From: Dehalococcoidia bacterium
GTDB taxonomy: Bacteria > Chloroflexota > Dehalococcoidia > Lucifugimonadales > QGNO01
DNA: 64,000 bases
Direction of reading: 5' to 3'
Assembly: GCA_965248955.1 (NCBI GenBank)
Contig: OZ252212.1
Location: 642,668-706,667, forward strand
This document shows, in pieces, positions 26,881 to 36,842 of this stretch (its first letter is position 1; each line of letters begins with the position of its first letter). The position numbers were made by a program, and so were the translations under genes. Below the pieces are notes generated by a model. It was not told the origin of the DNA. It searched no databases and worked only from the letters and a program-made list of their open reading frames with translations.

Positions 26881-27758
26881 TTACTATCTACACGGACGGC
26901 TCCTGTTTGGGCAACCCGGGGCCCGGCGGCTGGGCTGCCGTCATTGACGATAACGGCGCCAAGCGTTCGTTGTCCGGCAAAGAGGACAACACCACCAACA
27001 ACAGAATGGAGATACTGGCCGCAATCAAGGGATTGCAGGCCGTCCCCGCCAGCTCAGAGGTCACGGTGTTCAGTGACAGCCAGTACGTGGTCAACACCAT
27101 GACCAGAGGTTGGAAAAGAAACGCCAACCGGGACCTCTGGGCCGCACTTGATGCAGTTGCCGGGCAGCGTAAGGTCGCCTGGCAGTGGGTGCGTGGCCAC
27201 ACCGGCAACCCGGGCAATGAAGAAGCCAACGCTCTGGCTCTGCAACAGGCAAATTCCTTCTGCAAGGGCAAATCCACCCTTACGCACCTTGATTCGCAAG
27301 GCAACGCTCAAATGGTGGACGTGAGCGGCAAAGATGCCACGTTGAGAGATGCCGTGGCCGAGGGCCTAGTCCACATGAAGCCATCAACCTTGCGTCTGAT
27401 CAAGGAGGGCAGCATAAAAAAGGGCGACGTACTGGCCGTGGCTCGTGTCGCAGGGATCGTAGCTGCCAAACGGACATGGGAACTCATTCCCATGTGTCAC
27501 CCCGTGCCGCTGGACCGGGTAGCCATAGAGTTCGATTTGGACGCCGGCGACGGCGCTATTCGTATCACAGCCTCCGCTCGCACCACTGCCAAGACCGGCG
27601 TGGAAATGGAAGCCCTGACCGCCGTCAATATCGCAGCGCTGACCATATACGACATGGCAAAAGCCGTTGATAGGGCAATGAAGATCAGCGAAGTAAGGCT
27701 GGTGAGCAAAAGCGGCGGCAGAAGCGGCGACTACTCTTTAGAGCCTGCTCAGAGCTAG
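26877..27758 (+). CDS. RNase HI - MoaC (cyclic pyranopterin monophosphate synthase) fusion protein
   Basis: N-terminal ~130 aa are RNase HI-like: [38 protein letters not shown]. The C-terminal ~160 aa are MoaC-like: [34 protein letters not shown]. It is a single uninterrupted ORF. Confidence 0.85.
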   Translation: MITIYTDGSCLGNPGPGGWAAVIDDNGAKRSLSGKEDNTTNNRMEILAAIKGLQAVPASSEVTVFSDSQYVVNTMTRGWKRNANRDLWAALDAVAGQRKVAWQWVRGHTGNPGNEEANALALQQANSFCKGKSTLTHLDSQGNAQMVDVSGKDATLRDAVAEGLVHMKPSTLRLIKEGSIKKGDVLAVARVAGIVAAKRTWELIPMCHPVPLDRVAIEFDLDAGDGAIRITASARTTAKTGVEMEALTAVNIAALTIYDMAKAVDRAMKISEVRLVSKSGGRSGDYSLEPAQS

Positions 27759-27830
27759 GTATCACCAGGCAAAAGGCAAAGTCCGACCTTCCGAGTTGTG
27801 TCTCGTAAACAAGCCTGAGTTGAACTGGAA

Positions 27831-28259
27831 CTATCTGGAAACTCTTTGCTGGGCCTCGAGGACTTCAATGCCGTTGCGAACCGTGCTCAGCAGCCCTGCC
27901 ACTTCTTCTTCCAGCTTATACAGCTGTTCCTGAGCATACTGATCAGCGGAACCACGCCGGGAAGCGGCCTCACTCTCAGCCATATCCAGAATGCGCCGCG
28001 CCTTTTGCTCGGTCTCTTGAATCATCTTTTGAGCCTCTTTTTCGGCCCCTTTTAGCAGTTCCGTATCGTCTACACGACTGCGGAACTCGGTCTCCGCTGA
28101 AGCCCTGATGCGCCGGGCTTCACCAAGAGACTGGTTGAGCAGCTCTTCGCGCTTTCTGAGCACTTCCTCAGCTTCAGCAACGTTCTGGGGCACGGCAACT
28201 CTCAACTGGTCCACAAGCTCCAAGAGAGTTTCCGAGTCAACAAACAGTTTCCTGCTCAT
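27831..28259 (-). CDS. Coiled-coil protein (ATPase subunit b/H-like), function unknown
   Basis: 142 aa, heptad-rich and charged (EAEEVLRKREELLNQSLGEARRIRASAE...). Confidence 0.55.
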   Translation of the reverse strand: MSRKLFVDSETLLELVDQLRVAVPQNVAEAEEVLRKREELLNQSLGEARRIRASAETEFRSRVDDTELLKGAEKEAQKMIQETEQKARRILDMAESEAASRRGSADQYAQEQLYKLEEEVAGLLSTVRNGIEVLEAQQRVSR

Positions 28260-28347
28260 GGGAACCCGTCTGCCCGAAGCCGCTAATGATTCTAATTTAT
28301 CGATAATACCGAAGATATCTATGATGTCCCCCTTCCGAACCGCCGCG

Positions 28348-28833
28348 CTACACGGCTACGCCTAGTTTGTTTTTCAGCGCGACGGCAACGTCGTAAGTCA
28401 CAAGGTCTTCTATGTTTCCACCGAAACTGGCCACCTCCTTTATCAAAGATGAACTGAGTGACTGATATTCCTGGCTGGTGTAGAGGAATACCGTATCTAT
28501 CTCCGGATTGAGCTTGCGGTTCATCATCAGCATGGCTACTTCGTAGTCCAGGTCAGTGACGCTGCGCAAGCCGCGCACCATGAAGTTCGCCCCCATCTCT
28601 CTGGCGAACTCAACCGTCAGGCCATTGTAACGAGTAACTTCCACGTTGGGCAGGCCAACCACCGCTCTTTCGCACAGATCAACGCGCTCAGCCGTTGAAA
28701 AGAGCAGGCTCTTGGAAGGAGTATCAAACACCGCCACCACAAGTCTGTCCACAATTGCAGCAGCTCGCTGCACAATGTCCAGATGTCCCCTGGTGATGGG
28801 ATCAAAGCTCCCCGCGTAGATTGCTATGGTCAC
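28348..28833 (-). CDS. coaD: Phosphopantetheine adenylyltransferase
   Basis: Nucleotidyltransferase motif YAGSFDPITRGHLDI. 161 aa. Confidence 0.95.
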   Translation of the reverse strand: MTIAIYAGSFDPITRGHLDIVQRAAAIVDRLVVAVFDTPSKSLLFSTAERVDLCERAVVGLPNVEVTRYNGLTVEFAREMGANFMVRGLRSVTDLDYEVAMLMMNRKLNPEIDTVFLYTSQEYQSLSSSLIKEVASFGGNIEDLVTYDVAVALKNKLGVAV

Positions 28834-28842
28834 CGGGTCTCC

Positions 28843-29379
28843 TTAGTTGTATACGGACAGCACAGTATCTCCGTACCGTCTTTGAAAGCTAAGCTCCAGC
28901 GTGTCGTATCTCTCTTTTGCATCTGTCCTCTTGCTGTGCTCCAAGACCACCAGGCCTCTCTCAGCTATCAGTCCCGACCTGGCAACCTTGCTCATTGTTT
29001 GTCCCAAGTCAGGGAGATCGTATGGTGGGTCAAGAAGAACCACTTGATACGGTCCCTTCAAGAAGTCCAACGCCCGGGCCACCTTTGCCCTGTGTATAGT
29101 GCCCCGTTCTTCCAGGCCTGCCTTTCTCAGATTTTGCCCGATAGTCTGACACAAACGACCGTTTTGCTCAACAAAGTCCGCCGCTTCGGCTCCTCTGCTG
29201 AGCGCTTCGATTCCCAGTGCGCCACTTCCGGCATACAAGTCCAGCACTCTGGCTTCAATCAATGCCTCAGATATAACCTGAAATAGCGCCGAGCGTACTC
29301 TGTCAGAGGTGGGTCTGAAGTGCGGAGAACGCGGCACCTCGAGTTGAATTCCCCGCGCCTCGCCTCCTGTGATACGCAT
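28843..29379 (-). CDS. rsmD: 16S rRNA (guanine966-N2)-methyltransferase
   Basis: Motifs MRITGGEARG, LDLYAGSGALGIEALSRGA and LLDPPY. Confidence 0.9.
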   Translation of the reverse strand: MRITGGEARGIQLEVPRSPHFRPTSDRVRSALFQVISEALIEARVLDLYAGSGALGIEALSRGAEAADFVEQNGRLCQTIGQNLRKAGLEERGTIHRAKVARALDFLKGPYQVVLLDPPYDLPDLGQTMSKVARSGLIAERGLVVLEHSKRTDAKERYDTLELSFQRRYGDTVLSVYN

Positions 29380-29652
29380 CTGTATAGCTACTTTCACATC
29401 GCCGTTTGAGGCACACAGATATTACAGATTTTTTGGACAAAGGTCAATCTTTCGCCTAGTATTTCGCCCAAATGCGAGTTCCAGCCCCTGTCATGACCAT
29501 GACAATGGGACTGCCTATGCAACGTTGAGGGTGACATTGTGGCCAACCGTTCCAGTTGACGGGAGGAAGGCGGAGGCGTGGCCCGTTGCCGGCAGGGATG
29601 CCTCCCTATGCCCCTATGTCCGCATGTCCGTCCTACACAAGTCATCAACCGC

Positions 29653-29682
29653 TTGACACTCTTTTCAGAGCACCACTACAAT
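29653..29682 (+). promoter_or_regulatory. Candidate promoter (TTGACA-18 nt-TACAAT) for pyrG
   Basis: The hexamers are read directly and lie about 160 nt upstream of the pyrG ATG. Confidence 0.4.
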
Positions 29683-29845
29683 CCCCTATGATATGCACCT
29701 CCAAGCAAGGGTATGACCTTTAGAAGGCCACTACAGATAAGCCTAACTTCCCAGCTTGTGGTGTCCCTTACTCCCCTTGGACATAGCTCTGTTTCTGTAC
29801 CTAGTTCAGCTTCCCTTGGCATAGGTTTGGGCTTGCACTGAGAGT

Positions 29846-31486
29846 ATGACGACGAAATATATTTTTGTGACCGGCGGTGTGGTTAGCTCACTGGGCAAAG
29901 GCATCAGCGTGGCCTCAATAGGTCGTATCCTGAAAAGCCGGGGCATCAATATCTCCGCGATGAAGCTTGACCCTTACCTCAACGTGGATCCCGGAACCAT
30001 GTCCCCCTACCAGCACGGGGAGGTCTTTGTGACCAAGGACGGTTCAGAAACCGACCTTGACCTTGGCCACTACGAGCGATTTATCGACATCGAGCTCACC
30101 GCTTCCTCCAATGTGACCGCCGGCCAAATCTACAGCACGGTCATTGCCAAGGAGCGCCGCGGCGATTACTTGGGCGGCACCATTCAAACCGTTCCCCACG
30201 TCACCAATGAAATCAAAGATCGCATTTTCAGCCTTGCTTCTGAAAGCCTGGCAGACGTGGTGGTGGTGGAAGTGGGCGGGACCGTTGGGGACATAGAAGG
30301 ATTGCCTTTCCTGGAAGCCATCCGACAGATCCGAAACGATGCCGGTAGAGACAACGTCTACTACATACATCTCACCCTGCTTCCGTATATCCAGGCTACC
30401 GGCGAGTTGAAGACCAAACCAACCCAACACAGCGTTAAGGAGCTGCGCAGTATTGGAATCCAACCCGATGCAATCATAGCTCGCAGCGACCTACCGGTAA
30501 CGGATTCTATCAAAGACAAAATATCCCTCTTCTGCGACGTACCCCGCAACGCCGTGTTTGCCATGCCCACCGTGGGCAACGTCTACGAAGTTCCTCTTTC
30601 ACTAGAGGACGCCGGCCTTGGCGATACGCTCTTGAGCGCCCTGCACCTTGATTACCGCAGCCGTGACATGGCCGACTGGCAGTTCCTAGTTGATACAATG
30701 AACCTAGAGAAGGAGAAGGTGCCCATCGCCGTAGTTGGAAAATATACGGACTTGCCAGATTCTTACATCTCGGTGAAGGAAGCCCTTTACCACGCAGCAC
30801 TTGCTCATAGCAGAGACGTTGAGATCTCCTGGATATATTCCGAGGAAATAGAGCAGAACGGCCTGGAAGATTTGCTCGCTGCGGTTAAGGGAATTGTTGT
30901 GCCCGGTGGATTCGGCCCCAGGGGAATCGAGGGTATGATCCAGACCGTGCGCTATGCTAGAGAAAACGGCGTGCCTTACCTGGGACTGTGCCTGGGTATG
31001 CAAATCATGGCAGTAGAGTATACGCGTAACCTGTTGGGATACGAGGACGCCAACTCCACCGAGTTCAACCGGGACACACGGCACCCAGTCATAGATCTGA
31101 TGCCGGAGCAGATGCAGATGAAGGATATGGGCGGCACCATGAGACTCGGCCTATATCCTTGTAGGTTGGTGCCGGGGACCCGCGCTGCCAGGGCTTACGG
31201 TCGTTCCGAAGTCGAGGAGCGACACCGGCACCGCTACGAGTTCAACAACTCCTACCGCGAGCCTCTGGCAGAGGTTGGTCTGGTTGCCAGCGGCCTATCC
31301 CCAGACGGCCTGCTTGTGGAGATAAGCGAGGCTCAAGACCATCCCTTCATGCTGGGCGTGCAGTTCCATCCTGAGTTCCTCTCCCGCCCGGAGAGGCCTC
31401 ACCCCCTGTTCAGAGACTTTTTTGGCGCAGCCAAAGAGACCATCCGCAAGGGAGACCAGCGTCCACTGCCACTGACAAATCCGTAG
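29846..31486 (+). CDS. pyrG: CTP synthase
   Basis: KYIFVTGGVVSSLGKG N-terminus and GATase motif GLCLGMQ. 546 aa. Confidence 0.95.
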   Translation: MTTKYIFVTGGVVSSLGKGISVASIGRILKSRGINISAMKLDPYLNVDPGTMSPYQHGEVFVTKDGSETDLDLGHYERFIDIELTASSNVTAGQIYSTVIAKERRGDYLGGTIQTVPHVTNEIKDRIFSLASESLADVVVVEVGGTVGDIEGLPFLEAIRQIRNDAGRDNVYYIHLTLLPYIQATGELKTKPTQHSVKELRSIGIQPDAIIARSDLPVTDSIKDKISLFCDVPRNAVFAMPTVGNVYEVPLSLEDAGLGDTLLSALHLDYRSRDMADWQFLVDTMNLEKEKVPIAVVGKYTDLPDSYISVKEALYHAALAHSRDVEISWIYSEEIEQNGLEDLLAAVKGIVVPGGFGPRGIEGMIQTVRYARENGVPYLGLCLGMQIMAVEYTRNLLGYEDANSTEFNRDTRHPVIDLMPEQMQMKDMGGTMRLGLYPCRLVPGTRAARAYGRSEVEERHRHRYEFNNSYREPLAEVGLVASGLSPDGLLVEISEAQDHPFMLGVQFHPEFLSRPERPHPLFRDFFGAAKETIRKGDQRPLPLTNP

Positions 31487-31506
31487 TAGACTACCAATGT
31501 GATGTT

Positions 31507-31515
31507 TGCTATAAT
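31507..31515 (+). promoter_or_regulatory. Candidate extended -10 promoter (TGcTATAAT) for rho
   Basis: The sequence tgctataat lies about 210 nt upstream of the rho start. Confidence 0.4.
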
Positions 31516-31726
31516 GTCCCCTGTTCTACTCGTTGGATTCCCCCCACACCCCGGATGCTTGGGCATCCACCCCACTTTCTGAAAATAACGGGAAGGGTGC
31601 ATACCACGGCCCTAACACATCGTAGAAATACAGTAGCAAGGATAACTTGCAGCTTACTTTATGCCAAAAGACCAGGTTCCAGCTAGGATTCAAGGCTTAT
31701 TATCCACTCACTGAGGTGACACTTCT

Positions 31727-33031
31727 TTGACCACAAAACCTGTTTCGCATCTATCTGAGTTGGAAGAGAAAACCAAAGAGGAGTTGGCGGAGCTTGCCAC
31801 CCAAATGGGCGCCGTCAACGGTGAAACCGCAAGCTCCCTCAGTAGAGAAGAGTTGCTTCACAAGCTGGTTGAGAACTACTCCGAGCAGCATGGCATGATT
31901 GTGGCTAACGGAGTGCTGGAGGTAATGGGTGACGGCTACGGATTCCTGCGCCGAAACGGTGAGCTCAGGCCCGGTCAGCGCGACGTCTACATATCCCAAT
32001 CGCAGATACGCCGCTTTGGACTGCGCACCGGCGACATGATTGCCGGCCAGGTCAGACCGCCCAAGGACGCCGAGCGCTATTTTGGCCTGGTCAGGGTGGA
32101 AACGGTCAACGCCGTAGAGCCGGAAACCGCCAGAAGCCGCCCACACTTTGAAAACCTAATACCCGTCTTCCCCAACTCCATGATCAAGCTGGAGACCGTA
32201 CCCTCCAACCTTTCCTCACGCCTTATAGATCTGCTGGCCCCTATAGGCAAGGGGCAGCGCGGTCTTGTCGTATCGCCGCCCAAGGCGGGCAAGACACTGC
32301 TTCTAAAGGAGATAGCCAACGGCATAACCACCAATCATCCGGAGATTCATCTGATGGTAGCCCTCATTGGTGAGCGGCCTGAAGAAGTCACCGACGTCCG
32401 TCGCTCCGTGGCCGGTGAGGTGTTCAGCTCAACGTTCGATGAACCGGTGGAGGACCATTGCCGTGTCGCGGAGCTGGCCTTGGAACGGGCCAAGCGTCTC
32501 GTCGAGGGCACGAAGGACGTAGCCATTCTGCTGGACAGCATCACCAGGCTCACCCGGGCCTACAACCTGGCCGTGCCCACCAGCGGACGCACCCTTTCCG
32601 GAGGCATTGACCCCATCGCCCTCTATCCACCCAAGAGGTTCTTCGGCGCTGCCCGCAACACGGAGGGCTACGGCAGCCTGACCATCATCTCCACATGCCT
32701 TGTTGACACCGGCAGCCGCATGGACGACGTTATATACGAGGAGTTCAAGGGCACGGGCAACTGGGAGCTTCACTTGGAGCGACGGCTTGCGGAAAGGCGC
32801 ATCTTCCCTGCCATAGACATTCAGAGAAGCGGCACCCGCCGTGAAGAGCTGCTGTTAAGCCCGGCAGATTTGAAGCAGGTCTGGCTGCTCAGGCGCGCGG
32901 TCAGCATGATCACCTCCGACAATTCACTGAGCACCGAGGCAACGGAAAAAGTCCTGGAGCGGCTGGCCAAGGCCCCCAACAATTCGGATTTCCTGCAAAA
33001 CCTGCCGCACTACCTGAGCAAAGGGGCTTGA
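31727..33031 (+). CDS. rho: Transcription termination factor Rho
   Basis: N-terminal domain, cold-shock-like RNA-binding region (GYGFLR), Walker [18 protein letters not shown] start with GAGGTG Shine-Dalgarno. Confidence 0.95.
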   Translation: MTTKPVSHLSELEEKTKEELAELATQMGAVNGETASSLSREELLHKLVENYSEQHGMIVANGVLEVMGDGYGFLRRNGELRPGQRDVYISQSQIRRFGLRTGDMIAGQVRPPKDAERYFGLVRVETVNAVEPETARSRPHFENLIPVFPNSMIKLETVPSNLSSRLIDLLAPIGKGQRGLVVSPPKAGKTLLLKEIANGITTNHPEIHLMVALIGERPEEVTDVRRSVAGEVFSSTFDEPVEDHCRVAELALERAKRLVEGTKDVAILLDSITRLTRAYNLAVPTSGRTLSGGIDPIALYPPKRFFGAARNTEGYGSLTIISTCLVDTGSRMDDVIYEEFKGTGNWELHLERRLAERRIFPAIDIQRSGTRREELLLSPADLKQVWLLRRAVSMITSDNSLSTEATEKVLERLAKAPNNSDFLQNLPHYLSKGA

Positions 33032-33055
33032 TAATCCGCCGGCGGCAATCCCCCA

Positions 33056-33088
33056 TCGTCATTGCGAGGAACCGAAGCAATCCGGCGG
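33056..33088 (+). repeat. GTCAT hairpin repeat; 33-nt exact copy of 39782-39814
   Basis: tcgtcattgcgaggaaccgaagcaatccggcgg is identical at both loci. It generates the spurious MRGTEAIRR ORFs in the track. Confidence 0.85.
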
Positions 33089-33113
33089 GGCGGTGGCGTC
33101 CCCTGGCATAACA

Positions 33114-33175
33114 GATGCTTCGTCGCCGGGAGTGGTCTTAGAGCAACGGCGTCTAACCGACTCCTCAGCATGACA
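33114..33175 (+). repeat. Dispersed ~60-nt intergenic repeat (family R2)
   Basis: gatgcttcgtcgccgggagtggtcttagagcaacggcgtctaaccgactcctcagcatgaca is similar to 48527-48580 and to the reverse complement of 2323-2385. Confidence 0.65.
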
Positions 33176-33191
33176 GACGCCCCCTACCCGT

Positions 33192-34724
33192 TCACATCCC
33201 CTGTCCCCGCTGGCGGTACTGCAGCGCCTCTGCCAGGTGGACGACTTCTATTTCCTGCGAGCTAGCCAGGTCGGCGATGGTGCGGGCCAGCTTCAGAATA
33301 CGATGAAAACCCCTGGCGGATAGACCCAGCTGCCGCATGGCCGACTGCAGCAGGCCCTTGGCGGAGTCATCGACCTGGCAGAACTGCCAGACCTCTTCCG
33401 GCCCCATGTCAGCGTTGGTCAGCACCCCATTGCCCACACCGCTGAACCGTTCCCGCTGCACGGCACGCGCCTGTTCCACGCGGCCGCGGACGTCGGCTGA
33501 GGTCTCCTCCGACGGCGAAGCAACCAGCTTCTCGTAGTCGATCCGCGGCACCTCAACGAAGATGTCGATCCGGTCGAGGAGCGGCCCGCTGACCCGCTTC
33601 TGATAGCGTGTAACCATGTTGGCCGAGCAGGTACACGCCTGATGGGCGTCGCCATAGTAGCCGCATTGGCACGGGTTCATTGCCCCCACAAGCATGAAGT
33701 TAGCGGGGAAAGTCACGCTCCACTGCACCCTGCTGATGGTGACAACCTTATCCTCAATGGGCTGGCGCAGCACCTCCAGAACGCTGTGCCCAAACTCGGG
33801 GAGCTCGTCCAGGAAAAGGACGCCCCTATGAGACAGCGTTACCTCGCCAGGGTTGGGCCATCGTCCTCCTCCCACCAGGGCAGCGTTGGAAATGGTGTAA
33901 TGCGGAGAGCGGAACGGCCGCTGCATGATTAGAGGCCTATCGGTAGGAAGCATGCCTCCCACGCTGTATATCTTGGTCACCTCCAGGGCCTCTTCCCGGC
34001 TGAGTGTGGGTAGGATGGTGGAAACGGAGCGGGCAAGAAGGGTCTTGCCGCTTCCCGGCGGGCCGGACATGAGTAGGTTGTGGCCTCCCGCGGCGGCCAC
34101 CTCCGCGGCGCGCTTGGCGTGCTCCTGGCCACGCACGTGGCTTATATCGATCCCGGCGGGAAGGTGGAGCGCCGTGGGAGACGGCGCCCGGCTCCTGTCG
34201 TAGGGAGCAAGCAGGATCTCGTTTCTCAAGTGCCGCACCACGTCCAGAAGCGACGATGCCGGCATTACGTCTATGCCTTCAACCAGCGCCGCTTCATCTG
34301 CATCCACGGAGGGAACAAAGACCGCTTTGAACCCCTGCTGCTTGGCCAGTCCCACCATGGGCAGTATGCCGTTGGTGTGGCGCAGGTTTCCGTCCAGGGA
34401 AAGCTCGCCCAGGAACAGGGCGGAATCCACGGCGGAGTGCACCTGGCCGGAGCTCATGAGCAGACCCACCGCAATGGGTAGGTCGTATGCGGGGCCTTCT
34501 TTCTTCAGATTGGCGGGCGCCAGGTTGACCGTGACGCGGCGCATGGGGAACTCGCAGCCGGAGTTGCGCACGGCGGCACGTACCCGCTCCCGGGCTTCCT
34601 GGACGGCCGCATCGGGCAGGCCAACCACGCTGAAGCTGGGCAGCCCCGGAGAAATATCGGCCTCCACCTCTACGATGGTGCCGTCCAAGCCAATGATGGC
34701 GCATGTGTTGACTTTAGCGAGCAT
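33192..34724 (-). CDS. comM: YifB/ComM-family Mg-chelatase-like AAA+ ATPase
   Basis: Lon-protease-like N-terminal domain, Walker A GPPGSGKTLLA, LFLDELPEF, and a C-terminal Mg-chelatase ChlI-like region. The start was taken at Met 34724. Confidence 0.9.
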   Translation of the reverse strand: MLAKVNTCAIIGLDGTIVEVEADISPGLPSFSVVGLPDAAVQEARERVRAAVRNSGCEFPMRRVTVNLAPANLKKEGPAYDLPIAVGLLMSSGQVHSAVDSALFLGELSLDGNLRHTNGILPMVGLAKQQGFKAVFVPSVDADEAALVEGIDVMPASSLLDVVRHLRNEILLAPYDRSRAPSPTALHLPAGIDISHVRGQEHAKRAAEVAAAGGHNLLMSGPPGSGKTLLARSVSTILPTLSREEALEVTKIYSVGGMLPTDRPLIMQRPFRSPHYTISNAALVGGGRWPNPGEVTLSHRGVLFLDELPEFGHSVLEVLRQPIEDKVVTISRVQWSVTFPANFMLVGAMNPCQCGYYGDAHQACTCSANMVTRYQKRVSGPLLDRIDIFVEVPRIDYEKLVASPSEETSADVRGRVEQARAVQRERFSGVGNGVLTNADMGPEEVWQFCQVDDSAKGLLQSAMRQLGLSARGFHRILKLARTIADLASSQEIEVVHLAEALQYRQRGQGM

Positions 34725-34953
34725 AGACCCGCCTATTATTCTAGTTTGTTGTGATAAGGTCAAAGGGTATAAGGCAGATGTGTTCTTTCACAAGCTCAGC
34801 CCGAACGTAGCTCATGAAAATCCAACCGGATGAAGAACTCGTCAACCGCGTAGAAACGCTAATGGCCAGCCCTTCTACGAACTGGGTGAGGGCAGAACGC
34901 GGTTATACTGCCGCTGGCACAGCGAAGGGGAATGACACGGCAAAACGGCCAGA

Positions 34954-35502
34954 ATGATGAGTCGGGTTGGGATATTCAATCAAGTTATGCTCATATCCAG
35001 CGCCATCTCTCATGCTCTGGCGTGGATAGTGTATCTGGTTGTGGCCTTTGGTCTGGTGCTCTGGCCCGCCTGGCAGGACGGCGATGGCGAGGACTTGAGA
35101 GTGCTGGCAACGGTATTTACGCCGGTGGCGCTAAGTGGCTTGGGTTGGTTAACCGTACTGGTCCAGGGCGCCGGCAAGCCGATGTCAATTATATCTGCGG
35201 TCTTGCTCACCGTGGTTTGTGGTCTGGCAATTCTCTCTATTGTCCTGATTCATCTGCCGGTGTCGGCCAAACTGACTATTGGACTGATTGTCGGCTTCTA
35301 CCCGATAATCCTCACGCTGGGCGTCGGTCGGGGTGGTCGGTCGTTGCTGTTGGGTATTACGGTGGCTCTGCTCTTGGGGTTCAGCGCCTTAGCCATCTTC
35401 TCAGTGGGAATCTTCTTTCTGCCGGCGGCTCTGGCGATGTTGGTCGCAACGGTGGCGAGTTTGTCGGCGAGGTCGTCGCCGAAGACTTGCCGGAAACCGT
35501 AG
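34954..35502 (+). CDS. Hypothetical polytopic membrane protein
   Basis: 182 aa with 5-6 hydrophobic helices. It was preferred over the overlapping 34932..35567 frame because of its coherent TM pattern. Confidence 0.5.
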   Translation: MMSRVGIFNQVMLISSAISHALAWIVYLVVAFGLVLWPAWQDGDGEDLRVLATVFTPVALSGLGWLTVLVQGAGKPMSIISAVLLTVVCGLAILSIVLIHLPVSAKLTIGLIVGFYPIILTLGVGRGGRSLLLGITVALLLGFSALAIFSVGIFFLPAALAMLVATVASLSARSSPKTCRKP

Positions 35503-35692
35503 CATTTGCGCAGCTGGAACCAATGCCAACTCCAAGGCAATCGCATTTTAATGTGAGAGGACTCTGAGCAGATAATCGTAGCCCCAGCATGGGCAGTCCG
35601 CTCCCTGGGGCTCCCTCCCCTTGCCTAGCCCCTTCTGCAAGGACACGGGCCGTTCTGATAAGATTCCAACACTTCAAAATTAGGAGACGACA

Positions 35693-36547
35693 ATGCTGGT
35701 AGACCTGGTTCAAGTGACCACATCCGACGGCATCCCTTTGTCCGGGGCGTACTTTGAAGCGAAGGGCAGCCCCGCACCGGGAGCCGACGTCCTCATATAC
35801 TTCCACGGCGATAGCGGCAACTTCTATGGCAGCCTACTGACCCAGCTGGGGCCGATGTTCTCCGAGAGGGGCATAGCCTTCCTCGCGGCCAACCGTCGCG
35901 GCCACGACATGGTGTCCACTGGCGTGAGGGGCGGCGACCTCAAGGGCTACGCCTTTGAATCGGTCTCCGAGTCACGCCTGGATTACGCGGCGTGGCTGGA
36001 CCTCCTGCGCAGCCGCGGCCACCGTAGAATCGCCGTGGGCGGCCACAGCGGGGGTGCGGTAAGGGCCACCTACGCCCAGGCCAGCGAGCACTACGCCGAC
36101 GTGGCGGCGGTGGTGTCGGTTTCGCCGGGGGAGTACAACCACGAGAAAGTGGCCGCACTGCACGAAGACGACTTCCTGGGTCCGTACAGACAGTCGGAAA
36201 GAGACATCGCTGAGGGCAGGCTGGACACCCTTCTCAGGCCCGGGGTGCCCTGGGGCTCCATGTGGACCGCACGCACCTATGTGGACTGCTTCAACCATGA
36301 CAACCGCTACAGCGTCAGCGCCCACGCCGCCAACACCGGCGTGCCCACGCTCTACGTCTTTGGCGAGAAGGAGTGCCATGTCGGCGGCGAGGAGGAGTTG
36401 CCCGTCTGCGGCCTGGCCATGCGAACTCTGCGCGAGATCGCCTACTCCCACGCCACCGTCCGGGTTGTTCAGGGCGCCAACCACGGCTACATAGGCCGTG
36501 AGAAGGAGCTGATGGAGACTGTCTACGCGTTTCTGAGCGGAATCTGA
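35693..36547 (+). CDS. Alpha/beta hydrolase
   Basis: Nucleophile-elbow motif GGHSGGA. AGGAGA Shine-Dalgarno. 284 aa. Confidence 0.75.
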   Translation: MLVDLVQVTTSDGIPLSGAYFEAKGSPAPGADVLIYFHGDSGNFYGSLLTQLGPMFSERGIAFLAANRRGHDMVSTGVRGGDLKGYAFESVSESRLDYAAWLDLLRSRGHRRIAVGGHSGGAVRATYAQASEHYADVAAVVSVSPGEYNHEKVAALHEDDFLGPYRQSERDIAEGRLDTLLRPGVPWGSMWTARTYVDCFNHDNRYSVSAHAANTGVPTLYVFGEKECHVGGEEELPVCGLAMRTLREIAYSHATVRVVQGANHGYIGREKELMETVYAFLSGI

Positions 36548-36842
36548 GCCGGCACGTCGAGAAAGACCCCCCGGTCAGTTGGCGACGTTTCAGCTTCTGT
36601 GCATGCCTTGCTGGAGATGGCCTTTAGCTCGGATGCGGCAGCGTACGCTTGCTCGGCCAAGAATTGGCCTACCTGTTTATGCAACAGAGAGCACCTTCAT
36701 GAACTAGGAGGAGACGCGGATGCCAGCGAATGACCCTGAACCTGCACCGGCTCACTGGGACGGCGACTGAGAGTCCCTCTAGGGGTTCGCCAGTGGTCGG
36801 GGATGGCTCCGTTAGAGAGTGCGTGAAGCTGCAATACCCGGG

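Noticed and set aside
29400-31726. The long non-coding gaps (29380-29845, 31487-31726, 36548-36842, 51598-52026, 60334-60752) as hosts of tmRNA, RNase P RNA, SRP RNA or known riboswitches.
   Set aside because: By eye I could not find the hallmark conserved segments. Examples are GAGGAAAGTCCGGGC-type RNase P P4 strands, a tRNA-like tmRNA end, the SRP GGAA/AGCA motif, and Moco, TPP or SAM riboswitch cores. A covariance-model scan (Rfam cmscan) would be needed to exclude them properly.
33062-33265. Two ORFs (33062..33265 and 39788..39994) both starting MRGTEAIRR, which could look like a small paralogous protein family.
   Set aside because: The shared N-terminus is just the translation of the 33-nt exact GTCAT hairpin repeat. 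Downstream the sequences diverge completely and lack Shine-Dalgarno signals.
34814-34957. A 47-aa ORF (MKIQPDEELVNRVETLMASPSTNWVRAERGYTAAGTAKGNDTAKRPE) whose stop overlaps the ATG of the membrane-protein gene in an ATGA.
   Set aside because: It has no Shine-Dalgarno and no recognisable motif. The overlap could be coincidental, so the evidence is too weak to call a gene.
36720-36770. A 16-aa micro-ORF (MPANDPEPAPAHWDGD) with a good AGGAGG Shine-Dalgarno in the gap after the alpha/beta hydrolase gene.
   Set aside because: It is too short to evaluate, and no downstream gene on the same strand exists for which it could be a leader peptide. It is noted only.
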